Assembly: GCA_041648535.1 (NCBI GenBank)
Contig: JBAZOX010000001.1
Span: forward strand, 1-40,147
Length of the DNA: 40,147 nt
Origin: Desulfobacteria bacterium
GTDB lineage: Bacteria > Desulfobacterota > UBA8473
Direction: 5' to 3'
The notes beneath the pieces were generated by a model, which saw only the letters and a list, made by a program, of their open reading frames with translations, made no database searches and was not told the origin of the DNA. Position numbers and translations under genes: made by a program. Below are positions 23,382-32,569 of the stretch, piece by piece; within the stretch, counting starts at the first letter, position 1; each line of letters begins with the position of its first letter.

Positions 23382-25001
23382 TTGTCTTTATTCGCCCTGT
23401 TCAATATCGGCAAATCAACGCTATTTGCCAGCCAGACAGCACTCAGTGTAACGAGCCATAATATCGCCAATGTAAATACCCCCGGATTCAGCAGACAGGA
23501 AGTTATGCTCAATGTGGCTAACTCCGTTAACATTGGCAATGGCTACGTGGGAAGAGGTGTGACCGTTTCCGGTATAAGAAGACATTATGACAGTTTCATT
23601 CAGTCTCAATTAATTGACCAGCGACAAAAATACGGGAGGTCATCTGCCCTGAACAATGCATTAAGTCAGATCGAGCAGGTATTTAATGAAGCAAACAACA
23701 TGGGAATCTCAAGGTCATTGATGGATTATTTCAATGCATGGCACGGCGTTGCCACAAACCCAGAGGGTCAAACACAGAGGACAGTATTGCTTCAGAGGGC
23801 TAATGCATTGGCCCTCACGGCAAAGCAGATGGAGCGCGGAATCCTTGATACCTTGAAAGGGACTAACAAAGAGATAGACAATACCGTCAATCGTATAAAT
23901 TCTATCGCATCTGATGTTGCCATACTAAATGGCAAGATAGTCCAGATAGAGGCAGGACTTGGTTCTGAGAAGGCAAATGACCTCAGAGACCAGCGCGACA
24001 ACCTTCTGAATGAACTTTCAAACCTTGTGGAATTTACCTCATATGAGGATGAAAACGGTTCCCTGACTATTATGGTGGGAAATAGAAATCTGACATATCA
24101 AGAAGCGACGAATCCTCTTTCCACAAAGATAAATGAAGCCGGATACAAAGACCTTTATCTCGACGGCATAAATATTACGGCTAATATAAATAAGGGCCAG
24201 TTGGGGGGGGTCATCTCCGTCAGGGATGACATTGAAACAAAACCGCTAACGGGCATTAGAAGACTCATTGCATCCCTGACCAAGGAGATAAACGCCCTTC
24301 ACAGGTCAGGCTACGGCCTTGATGCATCTACAGGGAATGACTTCTTCAACCCCCTTCAGCTTTCCACCAAGGATTACTCTTCCGGAGCAGGCATAACAGC
24401 AACAATAGCAGACCCTTCTCAATTGACCCTTGATGAATACGACATAAGCTTTGATGCAGGTAATAACTATTATGTATACAACAAACAAACAGGCGCTCTT
24501 GCTGCATCAGGGGCATACAACTCCGGAGGCACGATAGCATTTAACGGTATAGAAATGGTTATCACAGGCACGATCACCGCCACGGACAGGTTCTTTGTCA
24601 GCCCTTTGACTGATGCTGTTGAAAATTTTGGGGTATCTATCTCGGAACCAGGGAAGGTCGCTGCTGCGTCATCAAACGCGGATTTGCCAGGAGACAATAC
24701 CAATGCCTCACAGATTGCACAGTTATATGATAGTTCCATGACAAATCTCGGCAACTCTACATTTACTAACTATTACAGCGGACTTGTCTCCAATGTCGGC
24801 ACCATGAGCAGGGGAACTTCAGACGGTCTCAAGTTTGATGAGAACCTGCTTTCTGAACTCAATAACAGGCGTGAGTCTGTTTCGGGTGTTTCCCTGGATG
24901 AGGAGGCAGCAAATCTCATAAGATTTCAACGTTCTTTCGAGGCAGGGGCAAAGATGATTAAGGTAACAGATGAACTACTGCAGAGCATACTTAACCTATG
25001 A
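23382..25001 (+). CDS. flgK: Flagellar hook-associated protein 1 FlgK
   Basis: TTG start 8 nt after AAGGAGG. SLFALFNIGKSTLFASQTALSVTSHNIANVNTPGFSRQE is at the N-terminus, and GVSLDEEAANLIRFQRSFEA at the C-terminus. Confidence 0.9.
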   Translation: MSLFALFNIGKSTLFASQTALSVTSHNIANVNTPGFSRQEVMLNVANSVNIGNGYVGRGVTVSGIRRHYDSFIQSQLIDQRQKYGRSSALNNALSQIEQVFNEANNMGISRSLMDYFNAWHGVATNPEGQTQRTVLLQRANALALTAKQMERGILDTLKGTNKEIDNTVNRINSIASDVAILNGKIVQIEAGLGSEKANDLRDQRDNLLNELSNLVEFTSYEDENGSLTIMVGNRNLTYQEATNPLSTKINEAGYKDLYLDGINITANINKGQLGGVISVRDDIETKPLTGIRRLIASLTKEINALHRSGYGLDASTGNDFFNPLQLSTKDYSSGAGITATIADPSQLTLDEYDISFDAGNNYYVYNKQTGALAASGAYNSGGTIAFNGIEMVITGTITATDRFFVSPLTDAVENFGVSISEPGKVAAASSNADLPGDNTNASQIAQLYDSSMTNLGNSTFTNYYSGLVSNVGTMSRGTSDGLKFDENLLSELNNRRESVSGVSLDEEAANLIRFQRSFEAGAKMIKVTDELLQSILNL

Positions 25002-25029
25002 TGAATAAGGATTCAAGGGGTCAAGCGAA

Positions 25030-25071
25030 ATGCTTGAAAATTACAAAGAATTAAAGGTTTGGCAAAAGTAG
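25030..25071 (+). pseudogene. 13-codon stub of a four-helix-bundle (23S rRNA IVS-type, PF05635-like) protein gene
   Basis: MLENYKELKVWQK followed by a stop matches the conserved N-terminus (..DL.VWQKA) of that family. It is preceded by aaggattcaaggggtc, which is also found at 30962. Confidence 0.5.
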
Positions 25072-25085
25072 GAAAAGAACCAGCT

Positions 25086-26093
25086 ATGAGAATAACTTCA
25101 TTCATGCTATTTGATCAGATGAGAAAGTCTTTCCAGAATAATCTCGGTGAGATGTCTGGAATGTATAATAAATTGTCCTCAGGCAAGAAAATAGGTAAGC
25201 CTTCAGACGATGTAATTGGTATGATGAGGGCAATGGATCACAAATTGAGTATAAACTACAATGAACAATACAAAAGAACTATAGATGATGCTGTTGCCCA
25301 TATTAACTTTGCGGAGACTATTACATCATCCGTCTCGAACGCATTGGTAAGGGCAAAGGAGCTTGCGCTTAGCGGCGTTACAGGAACAGCGTCTGCTGAA
25401 ACCAGGGCATCTATCTCAAAGGAAATAGCTCAACTTAGAGACCAGATTCTTAGCCTGTCAAACAGCAAGTTAGGAGACAGGTATATGTTTTCCGGACTCA
25501 GGACCGATACACAACCATTCAATTCTACTACCTTTAATTACCAGGGCGACTCAGGGATAATTAATGTAATGATAGATAAAAAAGCAGTGATGCCAATAAA
25601 TGTTCCAGGCAGTGATGTATTCAGTTACACCTTGAGTGCAGAAGATGTGATTCAACTCAGCGACGGTAAATATGTACACTACATCCCTGGGGCCGGAACC
25701 ACTATAAATGTGGAGATCCGGGATACAGATGATACAACAGTCCTTGATAGTTTCAGTTTTTCCAATTTCATCCAGATGACAGATGTCCTGAACTCCGCAC
25801 TGAAAGATAACAATCTCCTTAGAATAGAGGGAATACTTAAACCGCTTGATAACGCGCATAACCAGGCTATAAATATTCAGGCAGATACCGGTGGGAGGCT
25901 TAACCGCCTGAATGACCAGAAGACAAGGCTTGACGAGGGCAACCTAAACCTGAAGACTCTCCTATCTAACACAGAAGATGCGGATATGGCTGAAATTGCA
26001 AGTGAGCTTGCAAAGGCAGAGGCCGTCCTCCAGGCATTGAGACAATCATCAGCAAGGGTGCTCTCCCAGTCGTTGCTGGATTTTCTGAGATAA
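25086..26093 (+). CDS. flgL: Flagellar hook-associated protein 3 FlgL
   Basis: MRITSFMLFDQM...SSGKKIGKPSDD at the N-terminus, and a flagellin-like C-terminus (ALRQSSARVLSQSLLDFL). Confidence 0.85.
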   Translation: MRITSFMLFDQMRKSFQNNLGEMSGMYNKLSSGKKIGKPSDDVIGMMRAMDHKLSINYNEQYKRTIDDAVAHINFAETITSSVSNALVRAKELALSGVTGTASAETRASISKEIAQLRDQILSLSNSKLGDRYMFSGLRTDTQPFNSTTFNYQGDSGIINVMIDKKAVMPINVPGSDVFSYTLSAEDVIQLSDGKYVHYIPGAGTTINVEIRDTDDTTVLDSFSFSNFIQMTDVLNSALKDNNLLRIEGILKPLDNAHNQAINIQADTGGRLNRLNDQKTRLDEGNLNLKTLLSNTEDADMAEIASELAKAEAVLQALRQSSARVLSQSLLDFLR

Positions 26094-26097
26094 CCAT

Positions 26098-26203
26098 GTA
26101 ATCAGGTTCAAAGTTCCAATGTTCACGGTTCACGGTTAGAAAACGATGAAGAGTGTAAGACGGGAAACCCTGAACCTTGAACTCTGAACCCTGAACCGTT
26201 AGG
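26098..26203. repeat. Heptamer-hairpin element I (GGTTCAA / TGAACC arms)
   Basis: gtaatcaggttcaaagttccaatgttcacggttcacggttag ... ccctgaaccttgaactctgaaccctgaaccgttagg. It is a homologue of element F. Confidence 0.7.
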
Positions 26204-26211
26204 AGACAAGG

Positions 26212-26436
26212 ATGCTGGTTCTGACAAGGAGGTCGGAGGAGTCCATAAAGCTTGGCGATAATATAACTGTTACTGTCTTAGAGATAAAAGGTAATCAGGT
26301 CAGGCTGGGCATCGAGGCTCCTGCCGGCATAAGGGTTTATAGAAAAGAACTATACGAAAAGATAAAGTCAGAAAATGTCAGGTCATCAGGGCTATCTATT
26401 AGTGAATTTAAAAAGATAAAAGAGGTTTTGAAATAA
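26212..26436 (+). CDS. csrA: Carbon storage regulator CsrA
   Basis: MLVLTRRSEESIKLGDNITVTVLEIKGNQVRLGIEAPAGIRVYRKELY. Confidence 0.95.
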   Translation: MLVLTRRSEESIKLGDNITVTVLEIKGNQVRLGIEAPAGIRVYRKELYEKIKSENVRSSGLSISEFKKIKEVLK

Positions 26437-26438
26437 AG

Positions 26439-26876
26439 ATGGTACGGTTTGAGACATCAAGGTTCGGGATATTAGAGGTTGATGAAAAAAAGACTATAAC
26501 TTTCCCCGAGGGCATTCTGGGATTCCCTGATATTAGACATTACATCTTAATGGACCATAAAGATACCCACCTTAAATGGCTTCAAGCAGTGGATAACCCT
26601 GATGTAGCATTTATAGTGGCAGCATCATCAATCCTTTCTCTTGACTATTCAAGAGAGCTTGATGCTGCCACAAAACAATGCCTTCAGCTTGAAAAAGATG
26701 AAGACCTTGTAATACTCGTAATTTTGAGGGTGGAAGGCGAGAAGGTGATACCCAACTCTCAAGGTCCTATACTACTGAATGCCAGCCGTATGAAGGGCAT
26801 GCAGGTCGTTCTGGAAAAGATCGAAGCCGGCAGATCCTCTCAAGCCTCCTTCCAAAGAACTAACTCAGGTAGATAG
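26439..26876 (+). CDS. fliW: Flagellar assembly factor FliW
   Basis: Contains ITFPEGILGFPD...WLQAVDNPDVAFIV...NSQGPILLN...MQVVL. It lies immediately downstream of csrA. Confidence 0.85.
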   Translation: MVRFETSRFGILEVDEKKTITFPEGILGFPDIRHYILMDHKDTHLKWLQAVDNPDVAFIVAASSILSLDYSRELDAATKQCLQLEKDEDLVILVILRVEGEKVIPNSQGPILLNASRMKGMQVVLEKIEAGRSSQASFQRTNSGR

Positions 26877-26938
26877 GCTGAAGACTGTTAGGACACTTCA
26901 GACTTCTATTGATAACTGCCATGCCTTTATCAGCTCAA

Positions 26939-26980
26939 AGCTCAAAGCTTTCACCTTTGAGCTTTCACTTTTCACTTTTT
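26939..26980 (+). terminator. Hairpin plus T-rich tract after fliW (inside a repeat-rich spacer)
   Basis: agctcaaag (26939-26947) and ctttgagct (26955-26963) form a 9-bp stem, followed by ttcacttttcacttttt. Confidence 0.5.
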
Positions 26981-26996
26981 ACCTTTATGTAACCCC

Positions 26997-27023
26997 TAAA
27001 GTTTTTCGAAAATCTTCCGATAA
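26997..27023 (+). promoter_or_regulatory. Sigma-28 (FliA) promoter of the flagellin gene
   Basis: TAAAGTTT, 11 nt, TCCGATAA. It lies 157 nt upstream of the flagellin ATG. Confidence 0.75.
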
Positions 27024-27104
27024 GAGTATTGAATAGAGGGTAATAATGGTCAGAAAGGAGGTGAATAGGGTGATTGCAGTTTTTATACTGCAGGAGATTA
27101 GGAA

Positions 27105-27120
27105 AAGGCATGGAAGCCTT
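27105..27120 (+). promoter_or_regulatory. Candidate CsrA-binding hairpin (GGA in loop) in the flagellin 5' UTR
   Basis: The AAGGC-AUGGAA-GCCUU hairpin presents GGA in its loop. A second GGA motif is the SD AAGGAGG at 27165-27171. Confidence 0.45.
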
Positions 27121-27179
27121 AAAAACATTGGGTCATAGGTAATAATACCGATGACTAAAATTTCAAGGAGGAAAAGAAT

Positions 27180-28025
27180 ATGTCATTAGTAATCAACACC
27201 AATATAGCTTCTTTAAATGCACAGAGAAACCTTGCAACAAGTACTCTGAACCTTAACACTTCTGTCCAGAGACTCTCTTCGGGACTGAGAATCAACAGTG
27301 CAAAGGACGATGCTGCCGGCCTTGCCATATCCGAGAAGTTGAGGGCACATACCAGGAGCATAAACCAGGCGGTAAGGAACTCCCAGGACGGTATAAGCGT
27401 TTCCCAGACGGCAGAAGGTGCCTTGAGTGAGATAGGTGGTCTGCTTGCTAGAATGAGGGAGTTGGCAGAGCAGGCTGCCAATGGTTCCATCAGCGCATCA
27501 AACAGAAGTGACCTGGACAGCGAGTTCCAGCAGTTGAAGACAGAAATAGACAGAATCGCCACTGTTACTGAATTTAACGGGACAAAGTTAATTGACGGTA
27601 GTCAATGCGCAGCTGGTATAACCCTGCAGGTCGGTTTCCAGGGCACAATCGATGACAGGATTACCGTTATGTCAGGTCTTACAAGTGTTCATTCAGGCAG
27701 CGCCCTTGCTCTTACAGGCAACTACTCTGCAATCATATCGGCAGCACAGGCAACCTCGGTTCTCGCTGCAATTGACAGCGCCATAAGCACGGTTGCAACC
27801 AGGAGAGCAACTCTTGGAGCGGTCCAGAACAGGCTGGATACGACTATATCCAATCTAAGGGTCGCTTCAGAGAACCTGACTGCTGCGGATTCCCGCATAA
27901 GGGATGCAGACTTTGCCCATGAGACAGCCCTGTTTACAAGAAACCAGATACTTGTTCAGGCTGCAACAGCGATCCTTGCTCAGGCAAATACGCTTCCTCA
28001 GGCAGCACTTCAACTATTAAAATAG
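27180..28025 (+). CDS. fliC: Flagellin (short, 281 aa)
   Basis: NTNIASLNAQRNL...LSSGLRINSAKDDAAGLAISE at the N-terminus, and the C-terminal LGAVQNRLD...AQANTLPQAALQLL. Confidence 0.95.
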   Translation: MSLVINTNIASLNAQRNLATSTLNLNTSVQRLSSGLRINSAKDDAAGLAISEKLRAHTRSINQAVRNSQDGISVSQTAEGALSEIGGLLARMRELAEQAANGSISASNRSDLDSEFQQLKTEIDRIATVTEFNGTKLIDGSQCAAGITLQVGFQGTIDDRITVMSGLTSVHSGSALALTGNYSAIISAAQATSVLAAIDSAISTVATRRATLGAVQNRLDTTISNLRVASENLTAADSRIRDADFAHETALFTRNQILVQAATAILAQANTLPQAALQLLK

Positions 28026-28047
28026 AAGGGCTGTTTAAATGGAAGCA

Positions 28048-28140
28048 GCGTTAGCGGTTAGCAAAAATACCTGTTTTAACGGATAGCGTCTTTTTACCCC
28101 GCTCCTGTCAACCAGGGGCGGGGTGCCTAACCGCTAAGAG
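28048..28140. repeat. Nested palindrome downstream of flagellin (GTTAGCG-type outer arms, GC-rich inner hairpin)
   Basis: The outer pair is ttagcggttag (28051-28061) and ctaaccgctaa (28127-28137). The inner pair is ccccgctcctg (28097-28107) and caggggcgggg (28113-28123). Confidence 0.6.
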
Positions 28141-28160
28141 CTGTCTGCTAAGAAGGAGGT

Positions 28161-28550
28161 ATGGTGATGATCATAGATGATGATCTTAAAAATATAGCGA
28201 TACCCAAAGTGCCGTCGATACCTGTTGCATCTGGAGAAAAGGGACAACATCCTAAAAGAAGTAATGAATATCTTCCCGCAAAGGGTTCAAAGGAGAAAGA
28301 CCTTCTTAACAAAATAAAAGAGGTTGTAAAAGATACCTTAAAGATGGAGCGATACGGAAACATGGGTATCCGCCTCGAGATTGAGAAAGATTTAAACATT
28401 GTTGTGGCAAAGATTATCGATAAAGAGAGCGGAGAGGTTATCAGACAGGTGCCCCTTCCCGAGAGTATAGAGCTTTCTAAAAGTATTAAAGAACAACTCT
28501 CTAAAATGGTTGAAGAACAAAGTGGTATTCTTATGCATAAGGAGGTTTGA
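28161..28550 (+). CDS. flaG: Flagellar protein FlaG
   Basis: Contains LEIEKDLNIVVAKIIDKESGEVIRQVP, typical of FlaG. Confidence 0.75.
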   Translation: MVMIIDDDLKNIAIPKVPSIPVASGEKGQHPKRSNEYLPAKGSKEKDLLNKIKEVVKDTLKMERYGNMGIRLEIEKDLNIVVAKIIDKESGEVIRQVPLPESIELSKSIKEQLSKMVEEQSGILMHKEV

Positions 28551-28552
28551 GA

Positions 28553-29950
28553 ATGTCTATTACAGCAGGGGTTGGCCTCAGTTCCGGTATCGATTATAAT
28601 CAACTCATTGCAGGTTTGATGGAAGTTGAACGTCAGCCGTTATACAGGCTTCAGAGTAAACAGTCGGGATACAATACACAGATAAGCGTTTACGGAGAAA
28701 TTTCTTCACGCTTATCGGCCATTAAGACTGCCATGGACAATCTGAGGACTACCTCCAATTTTTATGCAAAGACAGTCTCAGTGAGTGACACAACCGTCTT
28801 AGATGCTACTGTCAGCAATTCGGCAGCAGCAGGTAATTATAAAATAGAATCCCACTCCGTTGCAGGCAAAATACAACTTGCCGCTGTCGAAAAAGAATTA
28901 CATACAGGCGTGGCAGCATCCACTACAGTTGTAAACAATAGCGGGGCAGATAAAGTTTTTCAATATACCTACGCAGGGACCCAACGAAGCATCACCGTGG
29001 CGAATGGTACTACCCTTGAAGGACTCAGAGATGCAATCAATAGCGATGCAAGCAATCCAGGGGTTACCGCAACCATTCTCAATGATGGTACGAATTACAG
29101 GCTTGTACTTACCGGAAAGGATACAGGGAGCGCTAAAACTATCACGATCGATGCCGGGACTACACTTGATGGCACCGGCAGCACCGTTGATTTCAGGGCT
29201 GCAACCTTCACACAGACTCAGGCTGCCCAGGATGCCAAATTCAGGGTTGATGGTGTGGATATAACAAGAACCTCGAATTCAATTACAGATGTTATAACCG
29301 GGGTAACCTTTACCCTGAAAAAAGAGATTAGTTCAGGTTCGGTTACCCTCTCGGTAACGAATGATACGGCTACCATTAAGGGAAAGATTGATTCCTTTGT
29401 CAGTGCGTATAATAATCTTGTCTCCTATGTCTCTTCACAATCAACTTATAACACCACGACCCATACAGGCGGCCCCCTGTTCGGAGACTCTACCTCAAGG
29501 AACGCGATAAATAGGTTGAGAAGTATCGTCGCAACCAGGGTGGATGGACTTCCTGAGGATATGAGGGTGCTTGCACAGATCGGGATATCCACCAATAAAG
29601 ACGGAACCCTATCGGTAAACACCACCACATTAACTGACAAACTCTCTACGAGTCTTGATAAAGTAGCCAATCTCTTTACAACCGCCACCTCCGGAGTAGC
29701 GAATCAAATCTATAATTATATTGATGACGTGACCGATTTTGTTGATGGTGCTGTTACGGTCAGGACCAAGGGACTTAACAGCAATACTAAAGAAATTTCG
29801 GACAAAATCACCGCACTTCAGGATAAACTTGTAATAACAGAGCGGAATCTCAGGGCTCGGTTTGCCAACCTTGAGGCCCTACTTGGGGGATTGACCTCCC
29901 AGGGAGCGTTTCTGACTAACCAGACAACTATTTGGGGAAAAAATAACTAA
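28553..29950 (+). CDS. fliD: Flagellar filament cap protein FliD
   Basis: ATG 7 nt after AAGGAGG. GLSSGIDYNQLIAGLMEVERQPL... at the N-terminus, and the C-terminus LRARFANLEALLGGL. Confidence 0.9.
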   Translation: MSITAGVGLSSGIDYNQLIAGLMEVERQPLYRLQSKQSGYNTQISVYGEISSRLSAIKTAMDNLRTTSNFYAKTVSVSDTTVLDATVSNSAAAGNYKIESHSVAGKIQLAAVEKELHTGVAASTTVVNNSGADKVFQYTYAGTQRSITVANGTTLEGLRDAINSDASNPGVTATILNDGTNYRLVLTGKDTGSAKTITIDAGTTLDGTGSTVDFRAATFTQTQAAQDAKFRVDGVDITRTSNSITDVITGVTFTLKKEISSGSVTLSVTNDTATIKGKIDSFVSAYNNLVSYVSSQSTYNTTTHTGGPLFGDSTSRNAINRLRSIVATRVDGLPEDMRVLAQIGISTNKDGTLSVNTTTLTDKLSTSLDKVANLFTTATSGVANQIYNYIDDVTDFVDGAVTVRTKGLNSNTKEISDKITALQDKLVITERNLRARFANLEALLGGLTSQGAFLTNQTTIWGKNN

Positions 29951-29959
29951 GGAGGTAAA

Positions 29960-30379
29960 ATGCAGCGCACTGCAGAGTACAGAAAAACAGAAATCAATAC
30001 TTCAGATAATGTAAGGGTGGTTTCTTTATTATACGATGGTGCAATGAACTTCATCAGGATTGCAAAAAAGAGGATGGAGCACGGGGATATAGCAGGAAAG
30101 GGACTTTATATTGGAAAGGCAACAGCGATTGTGGGAGAATTGTCCAGCTCTTTGAATATGGACGGAGGTGAGATAGCTAAAAACCTTGGAAGGCTGTACG
30201 ATTATATCCTTGACAGACTCCTTTACGCCAACCTCAGGAATGATCCCAGGGAATTTGATGATATGGAAAGGGTTCTTGAGGTTCTGAGAAATGCATGGAA
30301 GGAGATGGAAAGAGGGATAACTGTATCAGAAAATATCCCGATGGCAGCGAATAGTGTTGGAATTGGGCTCAGGATATGA
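29960..30379 (+). CDS. fliS: Flagellin-specific chaperone FliS
   Basis: Contains VVSLLYDGAMNFIRIAK...KATAIVGELSSSLNMDGGEIA.NL.RLYDYI. Confidence 0.9.
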   Translation: MQRTAEYRKTEINTSDNVRVVSLLYDGAMNFIRIAKKRMEHGDIAGKGLYIGKATAIVGELSSSLNMDGGEIAKNLGRLYDYILDRLLYANLRNDPREFDDMERVLEVLRNAWKEMERGITVSENIPMAANSVGIGLRI

Positions 30380-30777
30380 ACGGAAACGTCCGGCACCTTT
30401 ATAATGAGCTGCTCGAACTGGCTAAGGTACAGAAAGATGCCCTTATACAGGGCGGATTTGAAGATGCAATAAAGATACAGGAGATGCGTCAAGGCATTAT
30501 AGATAAGATTCAAAATATTGACAGGTCAGAAATATTAAATCATATTTCTGACCTGCCAACTGGAAAAAATGGCCCTGAGAGGGAAGAATTTTCCCAGAGG
30601 ATACGAATGGATCGTGAGAAAATCCTCTCACTCGACAACGAAATGCGGGCCATTATTGAAGCAGAACTCCGTTCCATAGCGGATAGATTGAATACTATTC
30701 AGAGAATAAAGACATTTTACCGCAATGCCTCTCCTCATCGCCATGTAGGAAACAACCTGAGCATAAGCGTAAGTTAA
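30376..30777 (+). CDS. FlgN/FliT-like flagellar chaperone (putative)
   Basis: The start overlaps the fliS stop (ATGA). It is a helical protein, LYNELLELAKVQKDALIQGGFEDAIKIQ. The call rests on position and pattern only. Confidence 0.45.
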   Translation: MNGNVRHLYNELLELAKVQKDALIQGGFEDAIKIQEMRQGIIDKIQNIDRSEILNHISDLPTGKNGPEREEFSQRIRMDREKILSLDNEMRAIIEAELRSIADRLNTIQRIKTFYRNASPHRHVGNNLSISVS

Positions 30778-30961
30778 TCAATACCAACCCGCAATACCCC
30801 GCCCCTCTTCTCATACATTTTACAAAAAATCTTTACGCCGGAGAGTAGATTTCTAGAAGACCAGGTCTGGTTTGGAATAAACCTTGCTGTATCCTTAATA
30901 TGTGCTCCCCTTAACCAAAGTTAAATATATAGGTTCATCTCCCAAAGAGTTGGTCGATAAA

Positions 30962-31138
30962 AAGGATTCAAGGGGTCGAGGATTCGAGGATTCGAGTGAA
31001 ATGCTCAGGAATTATAGAAATTATAGAGATTGAAGTGTTATCGACATCTTGATGTTATCCGATAGTTTAATAATTCGGGAAGCCTTTGAAAAAAAAGTTG
31101 CCTGACAACTGATCCCTGACCCCTGTGAACTGTCACAG
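30962..31138. repeat. Hairpin-armed element containing a decayed four-helix-bundle protein gene
   Basis: The left arm is ttcaaggggtcgagg with AGGATTCG repeats, and the right arm is cctgacccctgtgaa. Between them, MLRNYRNYRD stops, then LKCYRHLDVIR continues in another frame, resembling ..NYRDL.VY... N-termini. Confidence 0.5.
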
Positions 31139-31162
31139 AAGATGGAGAAAGCGAGAAGATAA

Positions 31163-32404
31163 ATGGGAACATTATTGGCTGGAATAAAACTTGCCGACGA
31201 ACCTGACCTCGACCCTAAAAAAGAAAAGGGCATAGAATGGGATCTAAGTAAACGATGGAATCCATTCAATAGTTATAAATTGCTTGCGCATGTGGATAGA
31301 TGGAAAAAAATCAAAAGAGGAAAGCCTATACCCCCACCAATTCTTATTACTATTGATCCCACAAATGTCTGCAATTTAAATTGCATTTGGTGTAATGCGG
31401 AGTTTATACGAAAAGAACGTAAAGGCTCGTTGTCCAAAAAAATGTTATTAAATCTTGCAGATTTTCTCCCTCGATGGGGAGAGGGCAGCCCTGATTGGGC
31501 GCAGGGAGTTGGTGCAGTTTGCATAGCCGGGGGAGGTGAACCGCTTTTGAATCCTGCAACCCCTGTTTTTATTGATAAAGTTACTGAAACCGGGATAGAA
31601 GTAGGGATAGTTACCAATGGCAGCATGATAAACAGATATATTGACTCTTTGTCTCATTGCACATGGGTTGGTGTATCTGTTGATGCGGCAAGGTCAGAGA
31701 CTTTTAATAAATTTAAAGGGGCACATCTGAATAATACATTTGACCATATTATTGAAAATATAGCTACCCTGGTAGATTATGCTAAAAGACACAATAATAG
31801 ATTGGGATTAAAGCACCCTGCCTATGGTGTAAGTTACAAGTATCTCTTATACAAGGACAATATTGGTGAAATATACCAGGCTGCGAAGCTTGCAAAAGAG
31901 ATAGGCTGCAAGAATATTCATCTCCGTCCGGCAGGAACAACATGGGACAAATTAGGAACAGAACAAGAAATTATATTTTCCGGTGAAGATATTGCCTTAT
32001 TCAACGAACAGATTGCAAAGGCATTAGAGTTGGATGATGAAACATTTGGAGTTTACGGGGTTACGCATAAGTTTAATTCGCAGTTTGATAAGGCTAACTA
32101 CTTTGATAAGTGTTACGCAATATTTATGACAGCAGTAATAGGTCCTCCCGCGCGCAACAATGCCTCCCATGACTCTTTTATTCTTGGTCTGTGTTGTGAC
32201 AGGCGTGGAGATGAAAAGCTTGAATTAGCAGGTGATATTGAAGACGTTGGAGAGATTCAAAAGTTGTGGGGGAACGGAGTTCACTGGAAAATACATGACA
32301 GGATTGTGGTCGAGCGAGAATGTCCAAGGTGTACCTACCAACCCCACAACCAGATATACGAACAGGTTATTCTGAATGACAGCATGACATACAAATTCAT
32401 ATGA
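31163..32404 (+). CDS. Radical SAM protein (CNLNCIWC cluster motif; Cys-rich C-terminus)
   Basis: The CxxxCxxC motif falls at PTNVCNLNCIWCN, followed by GGGEPLL. The C-terminus contains CCDRRGD and ECPRC. Confidence 0.7.
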   Translation: MGTLLAGIKLADEPDLDPKKEKGIEWDLSKRWNPFNSYKLLAHVDRWKKIKRGKPIPPPILITIDPTNVCNLNCIWCNAEFIRKERKGSLSKKMLLNLADFLPRWGEGSPDWAQGVGAVCIAGGGEPLLNPATPVFIDKVTETGIEVGIVTNGSMINRYIDSLSHCTWVGVSVDAARSETFNKFKGAHLNNTFDHIIENIATLVDYAKRHNNRLGLKHPAYGVSYKYLLYKDNIGEIYQAAKLAKEIGCKNIHLRPAGTTWDKLGTEQEIIFSGEDIALFNEQIAKALELDDETFGVYGVTHKFNSQFDKANYFDKCYAIFMTAVIGPPARNNASHDSFILGLCCDRRGDEKLELAGDIEDVGEIQKLWGNGVHWKIHDRIVVERECPRCTYQPHNQIYEQVILNDSMTYKFI

Positions 32405-32414
32405 TGAGGAAAAA

Positions 32415-32549
32415 ATGACGACCTCGTAAAAAGTCAAAATTTACCAGCTTTTGTCATTCCGGGCTTGACCCGGAATCCAGTATTTTCGAATAGTTGTGGA
32501 TTCCGGCTTTCGCCGGAATGACGGGGAGGGAGACTTTTTACAGCGTCAT
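32415..32549. repeat. MITE-like palindromic repeat (ATGACG..GTAAAAAGTC ends; GTCATTCCGGGCTTGACCCGGAATCCAG core)
   Basis: The terminal inverted repeats are atgacgacctcgtaaaaagtc and gactttttacagcgtcat. There is an internal inverted pair, cattccgg..ccggaatg. It shares GTAAAAAGTC with the 2081 and 5428 copies. Confidence 0.75.
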
Positions 32550-32569
32550 TAATTTTGGGAAGAGTTTTT

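Noticed and set aside
29004-29264. 86-aa alternative-frame ORF inside fliD, and similar internal ORFs (9342-9557, 35279-35530, 36479-36664)
   Set aside because: They are embedded in, and out of frame with, well-supported genes. They have no ribosome-binding sites and their composition is typical of off-frame translation.
30778-31162. Precursor peptide (RiPP) ORF upstream of the first radical SAM gene
   Set aside because: Only stubs of four to ten codons are present, and they are explained as a decayed four-helix-bundle gene inside a hairpin element. No SD-preceded small ORF with a plausible core peptide was seen.
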